From Candidatus Nanopusillus sp. (GTDB taxonomy: Archaea; Nanobdellota; Nanobdellia; Nanobdellales; Nanobdellaceae): 8,492 nt of DNA. The stretch lies in assembly GCA_046536775.1 (NCBI GenBank), contig JAWDMD010000019.1:1-8492 (forward strand), written 5' to 3'. Shown piece by piece: positions 1-5,870 of this stretch. Position 1 is the first letter of the stretch; each line of letters opens with the position of its first letter. A model generated the notes under the pieces. It was not told the DNA's origin and made no database searches. It worked only from the letters and a program-made list of their open reading frames with translations. Both the position numbers and the translations under genes were made by a program.

Positions 1-2315
1 TATTATCATTATCAGGCAATGGGATAAATGGTGGATATATAAGTAGTGTTACATTACCTACTGGATGTTCTCAATTATTCTTAACATCTTCAGGAAATTC
101 TGCTAGTGTATATGCTGCAGAATGTAAGGATTTATCTCCAGGTAGTTATAGTGTTTCATATAATATTAATTCAAATCAGGGATCTTATGTTTCTGCATTA
201 GTATTAGGATTTCCAGTATTTACTTTTGATATTACAGGACCAAATAGTATTTATGTATATGCGGGCTCTTCTAATTCAACAACAATATATGTAAATCAAT
301 TAACAGGAAATACTGCTTTGCCAGTTACTTTATCTTGTTCAACAAGTAATTCAAATCTACAATGTTCATTATCTAATACAACTGTTACACCAAATGCATC
401 ATTAACATTAACTGTTACTGCATCATCATCAATTACACCTGGAACATATTCAGTAACAATTTCGGGTACTTCCCAAAATGGAGCTACAAATTCTACTACA
501 ATTACAATAAATGTACAACAATTATATAATAACCCACAAATATATATTATTTCTCCATCCAATAATTCAGTATCAAACTATTATCAACTAAATATATCAT
601 TCTATACAAATTATCCAAATGTAAATGTAACAATAAATGGAAATACATATAGTATAAATGTAACACCAGGTAATAATATTATACAGCTAAATTATAATAA
701 GTCATCATACAATTTACCAGGATTATATAATATTATACCAAATGGAGGAAATATAACAATCCAATTATCAACATCAAATCCATTAGGACAAACAAATTCA
801 ACAGGTTATTATATATATACATTACCTTCACCAACATTTAATGTATCCTATGTATATCCCACACCATCAAATAGTACACAAGAGAATATGTGGTTACTAG
901 AAGTTAGTGCAAATGTATATGATAATACTTTAGGTCAGGATTATTGTCAGATACAATTATTAAATCAAACAAGCAATAAATGGATAACAATAATTAATTC
1001 ATGTTCAGATATATTATATAATGGAATATTACAACAATATGCAAAATTAGATAGTAATGGATATTATTCAATATGGTATAGAGTATATGCATATAATAAT
1101 TATGGATTAAACCAATATACAAATCCCCAAGTAATATATATATCTCAAAATGCATATAATGTATCAGTAATAAATCCAACATTAGGTAGTACACAAATAC
1201 AAGGAATAATAGATTCTGCAATTAATAGTTCTATGCCTATAATAATATTTTCTCCAGGAGTATATTTAGTAAATTTAGTAATAAACCCACAGGGTAAAAA
1301 TATAACATTATTAGGACAAAATACATTATTTGAACCTGCAAATCCAGGATTACCTGTTATAGATGTAGAATCATCAAATGTAACAATACAAAATATAAAT
1401 ATTAATACAAACCTATTCGCAATAAATGTAAATAATGGAGAATTAAATTTAATAAATTCAAATATAAATTCAGGATTATTTGGAATAGATGTAAAGAATC
1501 CATCAATAGTAAATGTATATAATTCTACAATAAATGGAAATATAGGATCAATATATGGAGATATACAAAATTCAACAATAAGTAATACTAATATACAATC
1601 ATCAGTATGGGGTGTGTATATTAATAATCCATATAATGTAATAATAAATAATTCAGATATAAATGGACAAATATTTGGAATAGATTTTGATGGAAATGCA
1701 ATAAATAATATAATAGAGAATAGTAATGTAATATCTAATATATTTGGAATAAAGATAAATAACGGAAATAATAATAATATAATAAATAATAATATACAAT
1801 CAAATATATTTGGAATATATTTAACATCCTCAGGAAATAATATAGAAAATGATTATATAAAGGTAGGACAAGTATTTGGATTATATATAACACAACCAAA
1901 TAATATAATAAATGTAACAACAAATGGAGGAATATTTGGATATTATTTAACAGGTAATGCAACAAATATATCATTATATAATTCACAATTAGGTATAGAA
2001 ATATATGGAAATGGATATATAAATAATTTAACAACATCTACAGGAAGTGTAAATGTATATTATAATAATTCACAAGGATTCATAAATAATTTAAATGGTT
2101 TAATATCTAGCGCAAATGTAAATAACACATTATATAATTATTATGCAGGAATATCAATAATAGGAAATATAAATGGAAATATTACATTTATTAATCTACC
2201 ATCTGCTACTAGTTATATTATAGAAAAAATAGTAGGGGGTAATGGAAATATAATATCCACAAATAGTACATTTATACCTGAAGGATTTGGAAATTATGAA
2301 CTGTTTTATTCATAA
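1..2315 (+). CDS. Surface/secreted glycoprotein, 5'-partial: Ig-like beta-sandwich modules followed by a NosD/PbH1-type right-handed parallel beta-helix domain
   Basis: I translated frame 3 by hand from nt 3 to 317 (LSLSGNGINGGYISSVTLPTGCSQLFLTSSGNSASVYAAECKDLSPGSYSVSYNINSNQGSYVSALVLGFPVFTFDITGPNSIYVYAGSSNSTTIYVNQLTGNTAL) and found no stop. The ORF therefore runs off the left edge, and the TTG at 318 in the ORF track is an artefact of ORF calling. Stop is TAA at 2313-2315. The stretch 'PVTLSCS...VTPNASLTLTVTASSSITPGTYSVTISGTS...TITINV' is the typical archaeal Ig/CARDB-like module pattern. 'IQGIIDSAINSSMPIIIFSPGVYLVNLVINPQGKNITLLGQ' followed by about 10 rungs of 20-23 aa ending in hydrophobic-F/W-G-hydrophobic cores matches the NosD/pectate-lyase-like beta-helix. 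About 28 N-X-S/T sequons by hand count in the last 665 aa. Confidence 0.8.
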   Translation, partial: LSLSGNGINGGYISSVTLPTGCSQLFLTSSGNSASVYAAECKDLSPGSYSVSYNINSNQGSYVSALVLGFPVFTFDITGPNSIYVYAGSSNSTTIYVNQLTGNTALPVTLSCSTSNSNLQCSLSNTTVTPNASLTLTVTASSSITPGTYSVTISGTSQNGATNSTTITINVQQLYNNPQIYIISPSNNSVSNYYQLNISFYTNYPNVNVTINGNTYSINVTPGNNIIQLNYNKSSYNLPGLYNIIPNGGNITIQLSTSNPLGQTNSTGYYIYTLPSPTFNVSYVYPTPSNSTQENMWLLEVSANVYDNTLGQDYCQIQLLNQTSNKWITIINSCSDILYNGILQQYAKLDSNGYYSIWYRVYAYNNYGLNQYTNPQVIYISQNAYNVSVINPTLGSTQIQGIIDSAINSSMPIIIFSPGVYLVNLVINPQGKNITLLGQNTLFEPANPGLPVIDVESSNVTIQNININTNLFAINVNNGELNLINSNINSGLFGIDVKNPSIVNVYNSTINGNIGSIYGDIQNSTISNTNIQSSVWGVYINNPYNVIINNSDINGQIFGIDFDGNAINNIIENSNVISNIFGIKINNGNNNNIINNNIQSNIFGIYLTSSGNNIENDYIKVGQVFGLYITQPNNIINVTTNGGIFGYYLTGNATNISLYNSQLGIEIYGNGYINNLTTSTGSVNVYYNNSQGFINNLNGLISSANVNNTLYNYYAGISIIGNINGNITFINLPSATSYIIEKIVGGNGNIISTNSTFIPEGFGNYELFYS
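1413..2006 (+). repeat. In-frame tandem beta-helix rung repeats (PbH1-like), period 57-69 nt and mostly 63/66 nt
   Basis: Rung cores start at 1413 (LFAINV), 1476 (LFGIDV), 1542 (IGSIYG), 1605 (VWGVYI), 1671 (IFGIDF), 1740 (IFGIKI), 1806 (IFGIYL), 1872 (VFGLYI), 1932 (IFGYYL) and 1989 (LGIEIY). An identical 15-mer 'aatatatttggaata' occurs at 1737-1751 and 1803-1817, exactly 66 nt apart. Confidence 0.7.
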
Positions 2316-2316
2316 A

Positions 2317-2323
2317 TTTTTTT
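2317..2323 (+). terminator. Oligo-T (T7) archaeal-type termination signal after the surface protein gene
   Basis: TAA at 2313-2315 is followed by 'a' and then seven consecutive T (2317-2323). Weak call, because T runs are common at this base composition. Confidence 0.3.
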
Positions 2324-2338
2324 GATAATTGTTTCTTT

Positions 2339-3133
2339 ATGAGTTTGGTTACTTTAATATTAGCGGGTGGTTTTGCAAAGCGATTCAAACCATTGTCAGA
2401 TTATGTACCAAAACCATTATTTCCAGTAGGAGGAGTACCTTTAATATATCATATAATAGAAAAAGCATTAGAAACAGGTTCGGATGAAATAATTATATCT
2501 ACAAATAAAAAATATGAGCATCATTTTAGGCATATTTTAGCATCATTATATTCTTTCTACGAACCATCTCAGATTGGAAAAATAAGATTAGTAATTGAAC
2601 CATCAAATTCTGAAGAAAATAAACTGGGATCAATTGGGGGTTTACATTATGCAATAAAAGAGATGAGTTTAAATGATAATTTATTAATATTATTGGGAGA
2701 TAATTTGTTTAGCTTTAATTTAAATAAAATAATTAAATTAGGAAATGAAAATAATTCTATAGCCTTAGCAATATATGATATAAAAAATTATGATGATGCA
2801 AAAAATTACGGAATAGTAAGATTAGAAAATAATATGATAAAAGAATTTTATGAAAAGCCCCAAAATCCATTATATACTACAATATCTACTGGAATATATT
2901 ATATTCCAAAAATAAAATTATATCTATTAGATGAATATATGAATTCTAATTATAGTAAAGATTCCATGGGAAATTTCTTTGAATATTTAATAAAAAAGGG
3001 AGAAAAATTATATGGACATATATATGGCGATGATAATGAATATTGGTTTGATATTGGTACAATAGATTCTTATCAAAAAGCAAATAATTTTGCAAATGAA
3101 AAGGGTTTATATAGAAGATGGATATGGCCATAA
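2339..3133 (+). CDS. Sugar-phosphate nucleotidyltransferase (glucose-1-phosphate thymidylyl/uridylyltransferase family, NTP_transferase fold)
   Basis: ATG start. N-terminal 'LILAGGFAKRFKPLSDYVPKPLFPVGGVPLI' corresponds to the family signature 'ILAGGxGTRLxPLTxxxPKPLxPVxGKPxI'. Also present: 'LLGDNLF', 'YGIV...EFYEKP', 'STGIYY' and C-terminal 'YWFDIGTIDSYQKAN', all co-linear with RmlA/GalU-like enzymes. Sugar and nucleotide specificity cannot be read from the sequence. Confidence 0.8.
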   Translation: MSLVTLILAGGFAKRFKPLSDYVPKPLFPVGGVPLIYHIIEKALETGSDEIIISTNKKYEHHFRHILASLYSFYEPSQIGKIRLVIEPSNSEENKLGSIGGLHYAIKEMSLNDNLLILLGDNLFSFNLNKIIKLGNENNSIALAIYDIKNYDDAKNYGIVRLENNMIKEFYEKPQNPLYTTISTGIYYIPKIKLYLLDEYMNSNYSKDSMGNFFEYLIKKGEKLYGHIYGDDNEYWFDIGTIDSYQKANNFANEKGLYRRWIWP

Positions 3134-3163
3134 ATAAAAGTTTTTCTTATAAATCATTTTTAA

Positions 3164-4939
3164 ATGATAAGATCTCCTGTGATTGTTGTTTTAGGTCATG
3201 TTGGTGCTGGTAAAACCTCTCTATTAGATAAGATTAGAAATACATCTTATACAAAAAAAGAAGCTGGTGAAATGACCCAACACATTGGCGCTACAGAGGT
3301 ATCAATTGATGTAATTAAGGAAATATCAAAACCACTATTAAATATGTTTAAATTTGATTTAAAAACCCCTTCTTTGTTATTTATTGATACTCCCGGCCAT
3401 GAAGTATTTAGTAATTTAAGAAAAAGAGGAGGATCTGTTTCAGATTTAGCAATTATTGTAATAGATATATTGGATGGATTTCAGAAACAAACATATGAGG
3501 CAATAGAAATATGTAAACAATTAAAAGTACCTTTTTTAATTGCATTAAATAAAATAGATAAAATAGATGGATGGAAACCCCAAGAAAATAAGCCATTTTT
3601 AGAAAGTATAAAATATCAGGATCAAAAAGTAATAAATAAGTTAGAGGAGTATATGTATAATATTGTAGCTAAATTATATGAATTGGGGTTTGATTCTGAT
3701 AGGTATGATAGAATAAAAGATTTTAGAAGACAGGTTGCAATTGTTCCAATTTCTTCAAAAACCGGTGAAGGTATTCCAGATTTATTATTATTAATTGCAG
3801 GACTATCTCAAAGATATTTAGAAGAAAAATTAAAAATAAATGTTGAGGGAAATGGAGTTGGTGTAATATTAGAAGTAAAGGAAGAGAAGGGTTTGGGTAG
3901 TGTAATAGATATAATATTATATGATGGTAAAATAAAGAAAGGCGATAAAATTGCATTTTTATCAAGAGATGGTATTAAAACAACAAAAGTAAAATTGATA
4001 TTGAAGCCAGTATTTTTAACAGATATTAGATTTGCTAGTAGAAGTAAATTTAAAGAAATAGATATTGCATATGCAGCATGTGGAATAAGAATATCGGCAG
4101 ATGGATTGGATAGTGCTTTACCAGGTTCTACAATCTATGTATATAACGATGAAAAAGAATTAAAGGAAATAGAAGAAAAATTAAAAGGAGATATAGAAAA
4201 TATAATATTTCAAACTGATAAAGAAGGTATTATTGTCAAATCAGATACATTGGGATCATTAGAAGTATTAGTAAAAATGTTAAGAGATAGAAATATCCCA
4301 ATAAAAAAAGCAGATATAGGGGATATAAACAAAGAAGATGTAAATATAGCATTATCTATGAAGGATAAATATCCCCAATATTCTGTAATAGTTGGATTTA
4401 ATATTGGAATAAATAAGAATGATGACGAATATGTAAAATCTTCAAATATAAATTTAATAATATCAAGCGTTATATATGATCTAATTGAAAAAATTGAAAA
4501 ATATATTAATGATATAAAATATAATAAAGAAAAAATATTGAAAGAATTACCACCAATAGGAAAGGTAAAAATATTAAAAGGGAATATATTTAGAAGATCA
4601 AATCCTGCAATTGTTGGAGTTGAAGTTTTAGGGGGAGAAATAAAAAGAGATGCATATTTAATTGATTTAGATGGAAAAATAATTGGAAAAATTTTGGCAA
4701 TACAGAAGGAAAAAAAGAATATAGATGTAGCTATTAAAAATGATATGGTTGCTGTATCTATAGATGATGCAGTGGTTGGAAGAAATATATTTGAAGACTA
4801 TATATTATATACTTTTATATCTGAAAATGATTATAGGAAATTTAAAGAAAATAAAGATATTTTAAATGATGAACAAAAAGAAATATTAAAAGAAATAGCA
4901 AATATAATGAGAAAAGAAAATCCTGCTTGGGGACTATAA
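3164..4939 (+). CDS. infB: Translation initiation factor aIF5B (IF2-type GTPase)
   Basis: Co-linear over the full length with archaeal aIF5B. Matches include 'IRSPVIVVLGHVGAGKTSLLDKIR' (G1), 'TQHIGATE' (switch I), 'FIDTPGHEVF' (G3), 'ALNKIDKIDGW' (G4), 'IVPISSKTGEGIPDLL', 'VKSDTLGSLEVLVKMLRD..IPIKKADIGDI' (domain III) and the C-terminal 'RKENPAWGL'. 591 aa is the typical size. Confidence 0.95.
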   Translation: MIRSPVIVVLGHVGAGKTSLLDKIRNTSYTKKEAGEMTQHIGATEVSIDVIKEISKPLLNMFKFDLKTPSLLFIDTPGHEVFSNLRKRGGSVSDLAIIVIDILDGFQKQTYEAIEICKQLKVPFLIALNKIDKIDGWKPQENKPFLESIKYQDQKVINKLEEYMYNIVAKLYELGFDSDRYDRIKDFRRQVAIVPISSKTGEGIPDLLLLIAGLSQRYLEEKLKINVEGNGVGVILEVKEEKGLGSVIDIILYDGKIKKGDKIAFLSRDGIKTTKVKLILKPVFLTDIRFASRSKFKEIDIAYAACGIRISADGLDSALPGSTIYVYNDEKELKEIEEKLKGDIENIIFQTDKEGIIVKSDTLGSLEVLVKMLRDRNIPIKKADIGDINKEDVNIALSMKDKYPQYSVIVGFNIGINKNDDEYVKSSNINLIISSVIYDLIEKIEKYINDIKYNKEKILKELPPIGKVKILKGNIFRRSNPAIVGVEVLGGEIKRDAYLIDLDGKIIGKILAIQKEKKNIDVAIKNDMVAVSIDDAVVGRNIFEDYILYTFISENDYRKFKENKDILNDEQKEILKEIANIMRKENPAWGL

Positions 4940-5407
4940 TTTTTTAATTTTACTAAATTTTCTTTTATATTCTCTATTTGTATTTTCTAAAATATGGGAT
5001 GGTTTTGCTAATGAAATTATAGTGTCTGTATCAAAGAAATCCTTTAATATATTTTCAATACTTTCCTTATCTATATTTATATTTTGACCAGGTAATTTTG
5101 AATAAATTATATTTATTGTAACATCTTTTGAGACTTTAAAAAAATATATAGGTTCCAATTTTAATGAATTAAATATATTAAATTTTTTGTCTGAGAAAAA
5201 AGAGAAAAATAACGGATAATTATCAATAAAAGTTCTAGGAATAAATCCAAAATAGAAAGGATATGATACTTTTAAATTCATATAAGTATTTATATTCAAA
5301 TCAAAATCTATTACATTTATCGCATTTGTATCTGGTAAATTTAATATTATTCCATTAAAAAAATTTGGAAATTCATCATTTTGTTCAATATGTAATAGTT
5401 CCCTCAT
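4934..5407 (-). CDS. Family I inorganic pyrophosphatase-like protein with substituted catalytic motifs (candidate pseudoenzyme)
   Basis: It is the only long ORF in a 540-nt stretch with no + strand gene, and long ORFs are improbable by chance in DNA this stop-rich. The track start at 5491 is a TTG that would overlap the S6e start divergently. The first ATG is at 5407 (MRELLHIEQ...), with a perfect TTTATATA 21-28 nt upstream on the same strand. 'SYPFYFGFIPRT', 'KLEPIYFFKV' 25 residues later, and 'ILKDFFDT' align co-linearly with PPase blocks 'YPxNYGFIPxT', 'RPIGxLKM' and 'HFFxxYK'. Stop is TAG (complement of 4934-4936). Confidence 0.55.
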   Translation of the reverse strand: MRELLHIEQNDEFPNFFNGIILNLPDTNAINVIDFDLNINTYMNLKVSYPFYFGFIPRTFIDNYPLFFSFFSDKKFNIFNSLKLEPIYFFKVSKDVTINIIYSKLPGQNINIDKESIENILKDFFDTDTIISLAKPSHILENTNREYKRKFSKIKKL

Positions 5408-5427
5408 AATAAATTTAAAGTATTTGT

Positions 5428-5435
5428 TATATAAA
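5428..5435 (-). promoter_or_regulatory. TATA-box-like element (TTTATATA on the minus strand) for the PPase-like gene
   Basis: Plus-strand 'tatataaa' at 5428-5435 reads TTTATATA on the minus strand, 21-28 nt upstream of the ATG at 5407. This matches the archaeal TTTAWATA consensus at the spacing expected for a leaderless or short-leader mRNA. Specificity is low in DNA this AT-rich. Confidence 0.35.
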
Positions 5436-5480
5436 AATTTTTCATTAAAGAATAAAAATATTTTCCATAATTGATATAAA

Positions 5481-5870
5481 ATGGCAAACAAGAGAAAAGA
5501 AATTATATTTAAAGTTGTGGTATCAGATCCAAAGACTGGAAGGTCTATTCAAGTACAAACAAAAGACGAATCTCTAGTAGGTAAGAAAATTGGAGATATA
5601 ATTGATGGATCAATAATTAATTTAGATGGATACAAATTAAAGATAATTGGTGGTTCTGGATTTGAAGGTGCTCCAATGGTAGATTATGTTGAAGGAATGA
5701 ATAAAAAATATGTATGGTATAATGAAAATAAAAAAGTAAGGGTTAAAAAAATGGTTAGAGGAAATACAATATCTCCAGAAATTGTACAAATAAATACCAA
5801 AATAGAAGAATATGGAAATAAAGATTTTAATCAAATATACGAAGAATTTAAATCGCAAAAATCTCAATGA
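5481..5870 (+). CDS. rps6e: 30S ribosomal protein S6e (eS6)
   Basis: 'FKVVVSDPKTGRSIQV', 'LVGKKIGDIIDG', 'LKIIGGSGFEGAPM' and 'VRGNTISPEIVQINTKI' match the archaeal S6e pattern (FKxVISDPKTG ... IGxxI ... GGxDxxGFPM ... VRGNTISxEIVQxN). ATG start. The TGA stop at 5868-5870 overlaps the Kae1 ATG. Confidence 0.9.
   Translation: MANKRKEIIFKVVVSDPKTGRSIQVQTKDESLVGKKIGDIIDGSIINLDGYKLKIIGGSGFEGAPMVDYVEGMNKKYVWYNENKKVRVKKMVRGNTISPEIVQINTKIEEYGNKDFNQIYEEFKSQKSQ

Noticed and set aside
1413-2006. Regular ~66-nt periodicity that could look like a CRISPR or tandem repeat array
   Set aside because: The period varies from 57 to 69 nt and the repeats are short degenerate cores. The whole region is one open reading frame encoding beta-helix rungs. 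There is no repeat-spacer structure and no cas genes.
296-2037. Antisense ORFs 296..562, 994..1221 and 1735..2037 on the minus strand
   Set aside because: They lie entirely inside the well-supported + strand surface-protein gene. Their translations are low-complexity I/L/Y/F strings typical of the shadow frame of A/T-rich repetitive coding DNA.
318-2315. ORF-track start (TTG at 318) for the 665-aa protein
   Set aside because: The same frame is open, with no stop, from nt 3. The upstream translation continues the same Ig-like, S/T/N-rich domain pattern, so the gene is 5'-truncated by the window rather than starting at 318.
4866-4930. Possible C/D box sRNA (AUGAUGA at 4866-4872 near the aIF5B 3' end); similar ATGATGA strings near 2789 and 4418
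   Set aside because: There is no CUGA D box at the expected 50-60 nt distance (only 'cctgct') and no C'/D' pair. The motif is simply Asn/Asp-Asp-Glu coding sequence.
5408-5491. TTG start at 5491 for the minus-strand 185-aa ORF
   Set aside because: It would give a divergent 5'-5' overlap with the S6e start codon and leave no promoter space. The first ATG, at 5407, has a consensus TATA box at the right spacing, and PPase similarity begins after it.
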